NCBI GenBank assembly: GCA_965140785.1
Contig: OZ223519.1
Location: forward strand, 320,001 to 384,000
Length of the DNA: 64,000 nt
Source of the DNA: an uncultured Ruficoccus sp.
GTDB taxonomy: Bacteria; Verrucomicrobiota; Verrucomicrobiia; Opitutales; Cerasicoccaceae
Reading direction: 5' to 3'
Shown here: one piece after another, positions 30,535-40,727 of the stretch
Position numbering within the stretch: the first letter of the stretch is position 1
Layout: every line of letters starts with the position of its first letter
Notes under the pieces: model-generated
What the model saw: only the letters and a program-made list of their open reading frames with translations
Database searches by the model: none
What the model was told of the DNA's origin: nothing
Program-made: the position numbers and the translations under genes

Positions 30535-31194
30535 TTAAACTTCGACCCAGATTTTTCCTGCTGCCGAGGGGCCGATCTCCAAGGGTTTACTGCCGGGAAC
30601 CTCTACGGTGAGAACCCCGGAGGGGCTGCTGACCTTGGCCACCGTAAACCGGGTGCCCGGAAGGAGCCCCAGGCTGCGCACATAGTCGAGGAAATCGGGT
30701 TGCTGATCGGCGATATGGGCGACTTTTGCCTGCTGCCCCGGTTCGAGCTGGGTCAGCTGATGCATATGGCGGTAGTGCAGCCGTCCCTCGCGGGTCGGGA
30801 TCGGGTCTCCATGCGGATCGAAGCGCGGCTCGCCCAGAAATGCGTCCAGATGCTCCAGCAGCTTGTCGGAGACGGCATGCTCGAGGGCTTCGGCCTCGGG
30901 GTGAATATCGGCCCAATCCATTTTCAGGACTTCGGCCAGAAAGTATTCGAGCAGGCGGTGGCGCCGGAGCATGCCGACAGCGAGCTCCTTGCCCTTGTCG
31001 GTCAGGTGGACCGCCTGATTCTGGTCCTGGGTGACGAGTTGGGCTGTGGCCAGCCCTTTTACGATCGAGGTGACGGTGGTGGGCACAAGGTCCAGGCTGT
31101 CAGCGATTTCATTAATCGTGACGACACCGTTGTCGGTCTGGTCGGCCAGTAGGTAAATGTTGCGGATGTAGTTCTCGACCGTTCGGCTCGGCAT
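30535..31194 (-). CDS. DtxR/MntR-family metal-dependent regulator with FeoA domain
   Basis: TVENYIRNIY, RRHRLLEYFL, EAEALEH, FDPHGDPIP. Confidence 0.92.
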   Translation of the reverse strand: MPSRTVENYIRNIYLLADQTDNGVVTINEIADSLDLVPTTVTSIVKGLATAQLVTQDQNQAVHLTDKGKELAVGMLRRHRLLEYFLAEVLKMDWADIHPEAEALEHAVSDKLLEHLDAFLGEPRFDPHGDPIPTREGRLHYRHMHQLTQLEPGQQAKVAHIADQQPDFLDYVRSLGLLPGTRFTVAKVSSPSGVLTVEVPGSKPLEIGPSAAGKIWVEV

Positions 31195-31538
31195 AGGAAA
31201 ACCTCTTAGGTCAGGACCGGGTAAATTGCAAAACGAATTCAGACAAATCCGTGAATCGGGTAGCAGTCATCCGCGCGAGAACCGCGAGGGTTTGGAGGGC
31301 TCGGGCGAACTTTTTTTCAGGCGCTGAATCTTCGACCTATAAAGAGTTCTTCGTAACGTGTTAAGAATACGTAATTTTTTGTAGCGTAGTTGTTAATGAA
31401 TGTGACTTCGGGCTTTATCGCTTGCCATAATTTTCATGCTCCATAGTATTACTCTCATAAACTAGGGTAAAGATATGAGTTAACCCGTCCGCGGGAAAAT
31501 CGATCATTTACCCGGTTTTTTGTCTCCAATCCCCATTT

Positions 31539-32030
31539 ATGAAGTCTATTCTCCAACGGCTGACGGGTCGCCCCGCCAAGCTAGAAGCGGTTCTTGCTTC
31601 AACGGAGGTGATCCCTCCTTCCAGGGAAGGCGCATGGATCGGGGTGGACCTGGACGGTACACTGGCCAAGTTTAAAACATGGAAAGGGCTCAAGCACGTC
31701 GGACGTCCCGTTCCGGTGATGCTGGCTCGTATTCGCCGCTGGCTGGCGGCCGGTTATCAGGTTAAAATCGTGACCGCTCGTGCGACGCTGCCGGAGTCTC
31801 TCCCTCCGATCCAGAAATGGTTGCGCAAGCACGGCCTGGAAGGCCTGGAGATCACCAATCGTGTGGACATGGATATGGTGGAACTCTGGGACGACCGCGC
31901 CATTCACATCCGTGCCAATACCGGGCAGCTCTCTCGCAGCCCTTCGGTCTTGGCGCGTCCGCGGGCTCCTCTTCTGGAGGAAGCCTTTCCCCATGAAAAT
32001 CGTCCCCGCCTCTCGTTTCTGGCCTCTTAA
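31539..32030 (+). CDS. Small capless HAD-superfamily phosphatase-like protein
   Basis: WIGVDLDGTLA (DxD motif I), IVTAR (motif II), LWDDRA (motif IV). Confidence 0.7.
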   Translation: MKSILQRLTGRPAKLEAVLASTEVIPPSREGAWIGVDLDGTLAKFKTWKGLKHVGRPVPVMLARIRRWLAAGYQVKIVTARATLPESLPPIQKWLRKHGLEGLEITNRVDMDMVELWDDRAIHIRANTGQLSRSPSVLARPRAPLLEEAFPHENRPRLSFLAS

Positions 32031-32045
32031 AACCCACACCTTTCA

Positions 32046-32204
32046 ATGATAAAACTTGTCAGAAACAAGATTGGCACGCCTGGCATCCTTCTTACGATTG
32101 CGATTGTGATCGCTTTCTTGATCGGAGCTGTCGTCAGCCATGAATTCCAAGTCAATCCTGATATGCCGGTGGTCGAGTCCGCCTCGGTCGACATTATCAA
32201 CTAA
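32046..32204 (+). CDS. Small single-pass membrane protein (52 aa, absent from the ORF track)
   Basis: MIKLVRNKIGTPGILLTIAIVIAFLIGAVVSHEFQVNPDMPVVESASVDIIN*; starts 15 nt after the HAD gene stop. Confidence 0.5.
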   Translation: MIKLVRNKIGTPGILLTIAIVIAFLIGAVVSHEFQVNPDMPVVESASVDIIN

Positions 32205-32332
32205 CTTGGACGACTGAGCCTCTTTGCCAAAAGGACAAGACCATGCCAGCCGGTTATCGGGGCAGGGGGGAGTTTATCAGGAACTGAATCCAGGCCTGCC
32301 CGTTCGCTGTAGGCTGAGATATACGGGTGAAA

Positions 32333-33325
32333 TCAGGCTGGGGCGGCTGCTTCCACGGCTGCGATCACCTGGTCATGCCAACGCCCATTGGTGGCCACCA
32401 CGCCGCGGTTGTGCTTGAGGGTGCGGCCGGCGCTGAAGTCGAGCCGCTGACCATGGATGTCGGTGACGGTACCGCCGGCTTCTTCCATGATCAGGCAGCC
32501 GGCCGCGTGGTCCCAGATTTTTTCCTCATAGCCCGGACGGGTCGGCAACCGCAGATAAATATCGGCGTCCCCGCGGGCGAGGGCGGCGTACTTGCACTGG
32601 CTGTCCATGCGGACAGAGGGCCGGTCGATGCCGAGTTTTTCGGCTACGTCCGCCGCCCAGTCATGCCGGGAGTGGCCGCTTTCGACCGATTCGCAGAAGC
32701 AGGCCTGGCTCGGGGCCGGGGTCGTCGAAACCTGAATAGAACGCTTGTCATCCCCCTCCAACGAGTGAAGCCATGCGCCTCCTGTGCGACTGGCGGCGAG
32801 CACACAGCCGGTTTGACCGGGTTCTGGCGCATTGAGCGGTAATTGGGGACAGCCCAGCACACCCAGCACCGGCTGACCGTCTTCAATCAGCGCGAGGGCG
32901 ATGGCGTACTGATCATTGCGCAAAAATCCCTTAGTTCCATCGATGGGGTCCAGCGTCCAAAATAGCCCTTCACTTCCCCCTGGATACTGCCCCAGGTCAA
33001 TGGCCGTCAGGATGTCCTCTTCGCTCAATCCGGGCAAAATACGCCTCACCTCCAGAACGACTTGTGCGTGTATGGTCGCGTTCGCGGGGTCGCGGAGGGC
33101 GGCGGCATCTTCTTCGGCCACCACCGGAATCTCAGGCGTTAACTCCTTTAGTCGTTGGAGGATAACGGCTTGAGCTCCATAGTCGGCGATGGTCACGGGG
33201 GACTTGTCTGCTTTGGACAGGGAACCGTCCTGATTTAAGGTCGCCCGGACGTGTCCGCATAAAATAGCGGCCTGGCGGACGGCATCGATTGCCATATGAG
33301 GGGAGAACTGATCAAACTTACTCAT
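32333..33325 (-). CDS. 3'(2'),5'-bisphosphate nucleotidase, HAL2/SAL1 type
   Basis: KADKSPVTIADY, WTLDPIDGTKGFLR, CESVESGHS, RMDSQCKY, EKIWDHAAG. Confidence 0.9.
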   Translation of the reverse strand: MSKFDQFSPHMAIDAVRQAAILCGHVRATLNQDGSLSKADKSPVTIADYGAQAVILQRLKELTPEIPVVAEEDAAALRDPANATIHAQVVLEVRRILPGLSEEDILTAIDLGQYPGGSEGLFWTLDPIDGTKGFLRNDQYAIALALIEDGQPVLGVLGCPQLPLNAPEPGQTGCVLAASRTGGAWLHSLEGDDKRSIQVSTTPAPSQACFCESVESGHSRHDWAADVAEKLGIDRPSVRMDSQCKYAALARGDADIYLRLPTRPGYEEKIWDHAAGCLIMEEAGGTVTDIHGQRLDFSAGRTLKHNRGVVATNGRWHDQVIAAVEAAAPA

Positions 33326-33449
33326 CAGAGGGAATTTAGTGCGGGATAGTGCGTTCTAGCAGGCAAAGGCGCTGATTACGGGATAAATCAACATATAGGG
33401 TAAAGTCCCCTGTTTAGTTTTTACTCTTTTTTACCGATACAAGGCTCTC

Positions 33450-36400
33450 TTGCTAAAAGAACAAGAAAAGACTGAGGTTCGTTTTGGACCCGCCGCACTG
33501 GGGCTGCTCGTTGCCGGGATTATCTTTGCGGTGGGGTGCATTGTCGTCGCCTATGTGTACTACCAAGCCCGGAGCGCGCAACTGTCAAGTATCCGGGGGG
33601 ACTTGGAGCGTCTGGCGCGTCTGGCCGCGGCGCAGATCGATGGCGATAAGCACAGTCAGATTCTATCTCCCCAGCAGCAGGGCAGTTTCATGCACGAGTT
33701 GTTGCTGGAGCCGATGATCGATTTTCATAATGCCGCCCCCGATGTGCAGCGCGTGTACACGATCATCCCCCGCCCGCAGGGTGGGTATAATATCGTCTTG
33801 GACACTTCGCAGGAGATGGAGCGGCTCGAGCGCAAGCCCCGGGATCTCAAACGGGTCGAGATCATGGAGCCGTACTCCGCTAATTTCGATCCCGCCGACC
33901 GCGATAGGATTATGTCGCTGGACGATCGGGAGGCCTATTCGACCCGGAAGCCCTACACGGACCGTTTCGGTACCTTCATGTCTGGTCTGGCGCCCGTGCA
34001 TGATTCCGAGGGCAATACCGTGGCGCTCGCCGGGGTAGACCTGCCGGTCGAGATTTACAACCAGCGCATGGGCGCCGTGAGCGGGGTCGCCGTGGGCGGC
34101 ATTGTGCTGTCCCTGTTTTTAAGCGCGGCCATCGGTGGCGTCGCGGCCTGGATTCAGGTGGTTTTAATTAAGGCCGAAGCGGTCAAAAACCAGGCCCGTC
34201 GGCATTCCCTTCAGTCACTCGAAGAGCTGGAGTACAATCAGAAGCTGCTCAAGTCGATCGCCGAGATGAATCGGATCATCATGAGCGAGCCGGACCTTTC
34301 CCAGTCCATCAACGAGGCCTTGCGCCTGGTGGGCAAGACTGCCGGTGTTGACCGCGTCTACCTGATGGAGCATCCCTCCGGCTCTGCGCCCGGGGAGCCG
34401 CTGGCCAGCGAGTGCTATGAGTGGGCCCGCACCGGGATGGCCTCCCACATGGAGGATCGGGATTTTCAGCGTTTTTCGTATCGGGAGCTCGGGCTGGCCC
34501 CTTGGTACGAACGCTTTGTGCAGGGGGGGGTTGTCTTCTGTTCGCAGGAGGATGGGGACCCTGCCGAAATCGATTTTCTTTCCCGCTTCGGGGTTAACTC
34601 CATTTTCTGCTGTCCGATCCTGGTCGACAATACCTGCTGGGGGTATATGGCCTTGGAGGACTGCCGCCGGGAACGCCTCTGGACCGATGAGCAGCGGGCG
34701 ATTATTTCCGCCTCGGCCCGCAATCTTGGGGCGGCCATCAATCGCCGCCACGAGGAAGAGGCCCGCCGGGCCGCCGATGAACGCTTCCGCGCCATCTTCC
34801 AGTTATCCCCGATAGGCATGGTCGTTCATAATGCCGAGGGCGGCGTCCAGCAGGCCAACCGGACCTTTCTGCAAATCCTCGGTTACACCGAGGAGGAAAT
34901 CAGTACGCGAACCTACCGCGATTTCGTGGCCGAGGATAAACTCGCTGAACTCGAGCAGGAGCGCGCCCGACTCGAAACCGATGGCCGCTTCGGGCCACTT
35001 CAGAGCGAATACCTGCACCGGGACGGGCACCGTATCGCCGTGCTGGAGCAGGGCATTATGATCGAGGCGCGCGAAGGCGAGAAGCAGGTTGTATCCATTA
35101 TCCAGGACATCACTCAGCGCCTCGAACACGAAAAGCAGATGCGCAAGGCCCTGGCCGATGCCGACGCGGCCAACCGCGCCAAGAGCGAATTCCTCGCCAC
35201 CATGAGCCACGAAATCCGTACCCCCATGAACGGGGTGGTCGGGATGACCGGCCTGCTGCTCGAATCCGAGCTGACCGCGCAGCAGCGCGACTACGTCGAG
35301 ACGATCCAGCTCAGCGGCGAGTCCCTGCTGGCCATCATCAGTGATATTCTCGACTTTTCCAAGATCGAGGCAGGACGCATGGATTTCGAGCAGGCCCCCT
35401 TCAGCGTCCGCGACTGCGTGGAGAGCACGCTGGAACTGCTCGGGCCGAAGGCGGCGGAAAAGGGCCTGCGCATGGCCTACCGTCTTACCGATGAGATTCC
35501 CGAGATCTTCCTCGGCGATGCCACTCGCATCCGCCAGGTGCTCTTCAACCTCGTGGGCAACGCGGTCAAGTTTACCGAGGAGGGCGAGGTCTCGATCAAC
35601 ATCAACGCCACGCTCAAGGACTCCGGCTATCACGAGGTCATGATCGATGTGCACGACACGGGCATTGGTATCTCGCAGGACCAGATGGGCCGGCTCTTCA
35701 AATCGTTCAGTCAACTCGATACGTCTTCCACCCGCCGCCACGGCGGGACCGGCCTGGGCCTGGTCATCAGTCAGAAGCTGCTGGAGCGCATGGGGGGGCG
35801 TATCTGGGTGGACAGCATTGTGGAGAAGGGGACGGTGTTCCACGTCGTCATTCCGCTCAAGTGTACCGAGAGCCAGCCGGTCAAAAAAGTGAACACGGGC
35901 GACGAGATCTTCCAGGGGAAGACAGCCATGGTCGTGGAGAGCCACAGCCTGACCCGCGAGTATTACGCCCGGCAGTTGACGGCGCTCGGGATGAAGGTCG
36001 AGTCCTTCGGTTCGGCCCACGAGTGCCTGGCCTGGTCCAAGATGAACGGGGGCGCTGACGTGGCCTTCATTGCCCAGGACCTGAAAAACTACGACGTATG
36101 CCAACTGGCGATCGACCTTGACCGTATTTACGACGGGAACCTGAGCCTGGTCCTGTTGCGCTCGAGCAATGCCCGCCTGAGCTCGAATTACAACGAGGTG
36201 TTCGAGCTGGCGCTCCCGCCGACCTACCGGTTAACGACCCTTTCCAAGTACGTTGCCGATGCGATGAAGCTGGCCATCCGGCCAACTCTGCCCGCGCGGC
36301 AGGAAACGTACTCCGCCGAAAGCCCGGCTTCCGTGACCCAGGACGGCGAGCGTCGGCACTTGAGGATCCTCATGGCCGAGGACAATAAAGTGAACCAGAA

Positions 36401-36758
36401 GGTAACGGGACTGTTGTTGAAAAAAATGGGCTACTCGGCCGACATCGCCAACAACGGCCTGGAAGTGCTCGATGCCATGCACGAGGGCGACTATGACGTG
36501 ATCCTGATGGACATGCACATGCCCGAGATGGACGGTCTGGAGGCCACCCGGAACATTCGCGACAATTTCCCGCGTGAACGCCAGCCTTACATCATCGCAC
36601 TCACTGCCAGCGCTTTTCAGGACTTCAAGCAGGAGTGTCACGACGCCGGGGTCAACGCCTTCCTGACCAAGCCCCTGCGGACGGAAGAACTGAGAAAATA
36701 CCTCAACCGCCTCAATGACGGCCAAGTAGGCGAGCGCACGACCGGGCACTTCGATTAA
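33450..36758 (+). CDS. Hybrid sensor histidine kinase (periplasmic sensor-GAF-PAS-HisKA-HATPase-degenerate REC-REC)
   Basis: [48 protein letters not shown]...[11 protein letters not shown]. Confidence 0.95.
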   Translation: MLKEQEKTEVRFGPAALGLLVAGIIFAVGCIVVAYVYYQARSAQLSSIRGDLERLARLAAAQIDGDKHSQILSPQQQGSFMHELLLEPMIDFHNAAPDVQRVYTIIPRPQGGYNIVLDTSQEMERLERKPRDLKRVEIMEPYSANFDPADRDRIMSLDDREAYSTRKPYTDRFGTFMSGLAPVHDSEGNTVALAGVDLPVEIYNQRMGAVSGVAVGGIVLSLFLSAAIGGVAAWIQVVLIKAEAVKNQARRHSLQSLEELEYNQKLLKSIAEMNRIIMSEPDLSQSINEALRLVGKTAGVDRVYLMEHPSGSAPGEPLASECYEWARTGMASHMEDRDFQRFSYRELGLAPWYERFVQGGVVFCSQEDGDPAEIDFLSRFGVNSIFCCPILVDNTCWGYMALEDCRRERLWTDEQRAIISASARNLGAAINRRHEEEARRAADERFRAIFQLSPIGMVVHNAEGGVQQANRTFLQILGYTEEEISTRTYRDFVAEDKLAELEQERARLETDGRFGPLQSEYLHRDGHRIAVLEQGIMIEAREGEKQVVSIIQDITQRLEHEKQMRKALADADAANRAKSEFLATMSHEIRTPMNGVVGMTGLLLESELTAQQRDYVETIQLSGESLLAIISDILDFSKIEAGRMDFEQAPFSVRDCVESTLELLGPKAAEKGLRMAYRLTDEIPEIFLGDATRIRQVLFNLVGNAVKFTEEGEVSININATLKDSGYHEVMIDVHDTGIGISQDQMGRLFKSFSQLDTSSTRRHGGTGLGLVISQKLLERMGGRIWVDSIVEKGTVFHVVIPLKCTESQPVKKVNTGDEIFQGKTAMVVESHSLTREYYARQLTALGMKVESFGSAHECLAWSKMNGGADVAFIAQDLKNYDVCQLAIDLDRIYDGNLSLVLLRSSNARLSSNYNEVFELALPPTYRLTTLSKYVADAMKLAIRPTLPARQETYSAESPASVTQDGERRHLRILMAEDNKVNQKVTGLLLKKMGYSADIANNGLEVLDAMHEGDYDVILMDMHMPEMDGLEATRNIRDNFPRERQPYIIALTASAFQDFKQECHDAGVNAFLTKPLRTEELRKYLNRLNDGQVGERTTGHFD

Positions 36759-36841
36759 TCGGCCCTCACTCCGGTTTTGTTTTTCGGGGCTTTTTTCGTG
36801 CTTCGGTGTTGTCGGGCGAGTCGAAGTGTACCAGCCAGGCG

Positions 36842-37255
36842 TTACAAGTTTTTTTCCGAGCGTAGCGGGCAGAGCTCCTTTACACAGCGGCCGAAGATGA
36901 TCACCTCTTCGCCCTCGAAGGTGAACTCGGGCGGCTGGGCAACCTTGTCCATCACCTCCGGGGTTTCTCCCGGCAGGACAAAGACCTGGTTGCACTCCCG
37001 GCAGATGAAGTGCGGGTGGTGCCCCCCGTCGGGGTTGGGCAACTCGTAGCGGACGGGCTGGCCGGGGAAGTTGACCCGGATCAGCAGGTGTTCCTTGATC
37101 ATCTCGGCCAGGTTGCGGAAGACCGTGCGCTGTCCGATGCCGGGGCAATCCCGGCGGGCGGAGGTCAGGATGTCGTCCAGGCTCAGCGGTCGTTTCGCCT
37201 CATCCAGGGCGTGGATAATGGCGTCGCGCTGTTTGGTCTTTCGTTTCCCGTGCAT
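36842..37255 (-). CDS. Fur-family metalloregulator
   Basis: TKQRDAI, RTVFRNL, HHPHFICRECN, C-terminal Cys pair. Confidence 0.9.
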   Translation of the reverse strand: MHGKRKTKQRDAIIHALDEAKRPLSLDDILTSARRDCPGIGQRTVFRNLAEMIKEHLLIRVNFPGQPVRYELPNPDGGHHPHFICRECNQVFVLPGETPEVMDKVAQPPEFTFEGEEVIIFGRCVKELCPLRSEKNL

Positions 37256-37364
37256 GTTTTGGCTGTGTGTGATGGCGTTATGAGCTACCTTAGGAAAATA
37301 AACCGGCATGCAAAGTTCATTTTCTTATTGACACTTGTATGCCAAGAAAGTGATTTCATGCGTC

Positions 37365-38408
37365 ATGCTACGCAAAAGTTTCATCACAACGCTGGCTGCG
37401 GCGTCTTTGCTGACGGCGGGAGCGCAGGCGGCGATAGTTCCCAGTGCAGGCTATTCCGTTTCAACCGTGCTGACGGGGCGTTCTTACGGAGCTTTCGACG
37501 CTTACACCGACACCGGGGACGGTCAAAATTACGTCTACGGATGGACGGGCGGAGAACTCAAACAGTACTCGCTGGCATCGGGCTCGCAAACGGGCTCGCT
37601 GGGAGCGCCCTCGCCGGCATACTCAAGTTCAACGAGCTTGTCCTGCTCCTTTGTCAGCTACCGGCCGGATGGTTCGGCCTGGGTCGGCTTTACCGATTGG
37701 CAAAATTCCGCCTTGGACGGAATTTACAAGGTCAGCTCAAGCGGCGTATGGGAGTCGGTCAATAGCATGTCCAATAACTTCAGCATCGCTTTCTACGGCA
37801 CGGAAGCTTTTGTCATGGCTGGCAACACCGTGTACCTGGTGAACGGCACGACGGGGGAGTCCACCGCCTTTGCCCAGGTTGGGTCGTCCTCCAATCAGAT
37901 CGCTTTCAGTGGCGGGGGCTTGCTGGTGGGGACATATGGCCTTCCCGGCGATAATTATCTTCTCGAATACAGCAATGGCCAGGTCGATGCCTTCCTGGCC
38001 GCGGTGGGTGCCGGTGATGACTGGGATGTACTGATGCTTGGCGATGCCTCAGATACGCTGGCCACTTACAGTGTGAGCGAAAACCCGACTTACGGAACCT
38101 ATCAAGGGGGCGTCAGTGGCGTGGCGGTTGACGAGGAAGGTAACATTTTCTACGCGGGTAACGATTACACCTCCGGCACCACACTGGTGGATGAGGTGGG
38201 CGGCGACAACGTTGGCACGGGGCTGTACTCGTCCATCATCTATCTGGACGAACTGGATGGAAAGCTTTACTACGCCCTGTACGGACAAGACGGGATTTCC
38301 TATCTAGAAGCTGTCCCCGAACCCAGTGTCTATGCCGTGTTCGGCGGTATGATGACTCTTTTGTTCACCCTTTACTATCGCCGCCGGAAAACTAGGTTGA
38401 GGGAATAA
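37365..38408 (+). CDS. PEP-CTERM surface protein, probably beta-propeller-like
   Basis: Signal peptide; beta-rich G/S/Y body; AVPEPS + hydrophobic helix + RRRK. Confidence 0.85.
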   Translation: MLRKSFITTLAAASLLTAGAQAAIVPSAGYSVSTVLTGRSYGAFDAYTDTGDGQNYVYGWTGGELKQYSLASGSQTGSLGAPSPAYSSSTSLSCSFVSYRPDGSAWVGFTDWQNSALDGIYKVSSSGVWESVNSMSNNFSIAFYGTEAFVMAGNTVYLVNGTTGESTAFAQVGSSSNQIAFSGGGLLVGTYGLPGDNYLLEYSNGQVDAFLAAVGAGDDWDVLMLGDASDTLATYSVSENPTYGTYQGGVSGVAVDEEGNIFYAGNDYTSGTTLVDEVGGDNVGTGLYSSIIYLDELDGKLYYALYGQDGISYLEAVPEPSVYAVFGGMMTLLFTLYYRRRKTRLRE

Positions 38409-38419
38409 GACCTAATAAA

Positions 38420-39832
38420 ATGGTGGTTTGGAATAAAATACAAACGCTGGTCCTGATGGGATCGGCGCTGATGTCCCCGCTAGTCTATAGCGGGGACTAT
38501 TCGCTTGGAAAGTACGACTCCGGGAACGCCTGGGACGCGCCGGTGCCGGGCTTTGTCGGCCCGGATGGCGATGGGTTTATGCCTGTGATCGATGAATGGG
38601 GCGAGGTCATTGGAGAGAACCCCAATGTCGTCAACCCCGTCTTCATCGGTTGGGGCTACCGGTATGACGAAAACGGTATCGAATATCCGGGGACGGCCTA
38701 CGAACCTATCTGGGACAGCCTTTTCCTTCCGTTTCCTGTCACCGGTGACGATCACTATCCCTGGGGGCACGATTACATGGCGGAGGGCCCGCTGCTGCCG
38801 TACATCAATGACGTCTGCTCGATGGGCGGCTATGCCCCGGAGGACGATGTCTCGGCCATCGAGCCGGGGTATATGACCCTTTACTTCCGCAAACCCGTGC
38901 GCGACGTGCCGGGAGCTGACTTTGTCGTCTATGAGAACGGTATTTTCGTCCAGAGTCCATTGGGGGAAGATGGTGGCGAACCGGGGGAGGGCGTCGGCGG
39001 TGTCTTCGCCGAACTGGCCTATATCGAGGTCTCCTCCGATGGCGTGCATTTCGCACGCTTCCCCTCGGTCTCGCTGACCGAAACCGGCTATGGACCCAAT
39101 GGCTCGCTCGATCCCACCAACGTGTACAACCTGGCTGGTAAGCACGTGAACAACGAACGCGAGTGCTGGGGGACGCCTTTTGACCTGTCGAGCTTGCGCG
39201 AGGAAGACTTGGTCAGCGTGGATGGCGACGGGATCATACATCGCGTGGATATCAACAACATCCGCTACGTGAAAGTCGTGGACATCCCTGGCAACGGCTC
39301 GCGCCTCGATTCGTTGGGCAATCCGATTTACGACCCCTTTCCGACGGGGATATATGAATCCGGCGGCTTTGACCTCGACGCCATTGCCGTCGTCGGTCAG
39401 GACCGCGGTTTCTCGGACTGGGACGCCGGACGCAATCTCGCCCTCATGGACGACGATGACGGCGATGGTGTTCCGAATCTGCTCGAATACGCCTTCGACA
39501 TGAATCCCACGGTCAAGGACGGAGCTAAGCTTCCCCGCATGGAAGTTGTGGACGGGCGGGCGCAGGTACGCTTTCGCCGCGATGTGCGTAACAGCGACAT
39601 CACTTATATTTTGGAGGCTACCGACAGCCTGACCACCCCGGACTGGCACGAAGTTGCCCGGGCTGAGGCTTTCTCCGACCCCGTCGTTTCCGAGCCCGAA
39701 CTGGAGGCCGAAACGTCTACTGTATCTCGTCACACACAGGCTAATCTCGATGTCTGGCAGGAGGTCTGCTTCACCGACTTGGCCCTGAACGCGACCCGCT
39801 TCTACCGCCTGCGGGTCGATACCGTGAATTGA
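38420..39832 (+). CDS. Exported cell-surface protein (DFVVYEN / ELAYIEVSSDG / GTPFDL / GFDLDAI family)
   Basis: Signal peptide; listed motifs; DDDDGDGVPNLLEYAF repeat; C-terminal RFYRLRV. Confidence 0.7.
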   Translation: MVVWNKIQTLVLMGSALMSPLVYSGDYSLGKYDSGNAWDAPVPGFVGPDGDGFMPVIDEWGEVIGENPNVVNPVFIGWGYRYDENGIEYPGTAYEPIWDSLFLPFPVTGDDHYPWGHDYMAEGPLLPYINDVCSMGGYAPEDDVSAIEPGYMTLYFRKPVRDVPGADFVVYENGIFVQSPLGEDGGEPGEGVGGVFAELAYIEVSSDGVHFARFPSVSLTETGYGPNGSLDPTNVYNLAGKHVNNERECWGTPFDLSSLREEDLVSVDGDGIIHRVDINNIRYVKVVDIPGNGSRLDSLGNPIYDPFPTGIYESGGFDLDAIAVVGQDRGFSDWDAGRNLALMDDDDGDGVPNLLEYAFDMNPTVKDGAKLPRMEVVDGRAQVRFRRDVRNSDITYILEATDSLTTPDWHEVARAEAFSDPVVSEPELEAETSTVSRHTQANLDVWQEVCFTDLALNATRFYRLRVDTVN

Positions 39833-39835
39833 CGA

Positions 39836-40717
39836 ATGAACCGGAAAAAATATCCCTGCTCACAGAAGGCCTTCACCTTGGTTGAGTTGCTGGGGGCTAT
39901 GGCTGTTCTGGCCGTCCTCGGCACACTGATTGTCAACGTCGTGGGCAATGTCCGCCAGCAGGCCATGACCTCGAAGTCCATGTCGCAGATCCGCGAACTG
40001 GTCACGGCCAACTACGCCTGCGCGGCGGACACCGGGCGCTTTGCCAAAGCCGAGAACAAGGCCGACACCATCCACTGGCACGGCAGGCGGCTCAGTGCCA
40101 ATCATTGGGTTGGTTACGGCGGTTACCTCACCCCTTATCTGGGGCAAGACCGGCAGGTGCGTGTCTGCCCGGTCTTCGACCAGTTGCTGGACGAACAGGA
40201 GGGCGGGCAATTCGATAAGGGAACAGGCGGTTATGGCTACAACGCTATTTATCTGGGCAACGAACCCGTTACTCCGAGTGCGGGCAGTTCCTCCGGCGGA
40301 GCTTCGAGTGCTCCTCCCAGGCCGGGGGGCCCCCGTCCCACGGGTCCTGCAACGCGGGTCGAGACCGTGGCCAACCGGCCCAACGCATTAATAGATCCGG
40401 CCAACACCGTGATGTTCACCTCCGCTGCTCTGGTCAAGGAGGGCGGGGTGGTGGAGACCTACCTTTCTGCCCCCTACCATGCGCTTTCCGGGGGCGAGTT
40501 GGGACAGGGGCTGACCCCGACCGTGCACTTCCGTTTCAACGGCAAGGCGCTCGTCGCCTGGTGCGACGGTCACGTCACTCTGGAGGAGCCCAATGATGCC
40601 GACACCAGTCACAACGCCTACGGCGACGACAACGGCAAGTACACCGTCGGCTGGTTTGGCCCTACGGACAACAACGGCTACTGGAACCCCCACTACAAGC
40701 TCGGTCAGGCTTACTAG
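39836..40717 (+). CDS. Prepilin-type pseudopilin with C-terminal H-X9-DG domain
   Basis: KAFTLVELL type IV leader; HFRFNGKALVAWCDGHV. Confidence 0.88.
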   Translation: MNRKKYPCSQKAFTLVELLGAMAVLAVLGTLIVNVVGNVRQQAMTSKSMSQIRELVTANYACAADTGRFAKAENKADTIHWHGRRLSANHWVGYGGYLTPYLGQDRQVRVCPVFDQLLDEQEGGQFDKGTGGYGYNAIYLGNEPVTPSAGSSSGGASSAPPRPGGPRPTGPATRVETVANRPNALIDPANTVMFTSAALVKEGGVVETYLSAPYHALSGGELGQGLTPTVHFRFNGKALVAWCDGHVTLEEPNDADTSHNAYGDDNGKYTVGWFGPTDNNGYWNPHYKLGQAY

Positions 40718-40727
40718 GGCGGGTGCT

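Noticed and set aside
29773..31152. 459-aa plus-strand ORF spanning the AP2 and DtxR genes
   Set aside because: Antisense to two recognisable genes, with no motif of its own
37256..37364. Cobalamin riboswitch ahead of the PEP-CTERM/pseudopilin operon
   Set aside because: The intergenic region is only about 110 bp and lacks the GGGAA, GCCACTG and B12-box elements
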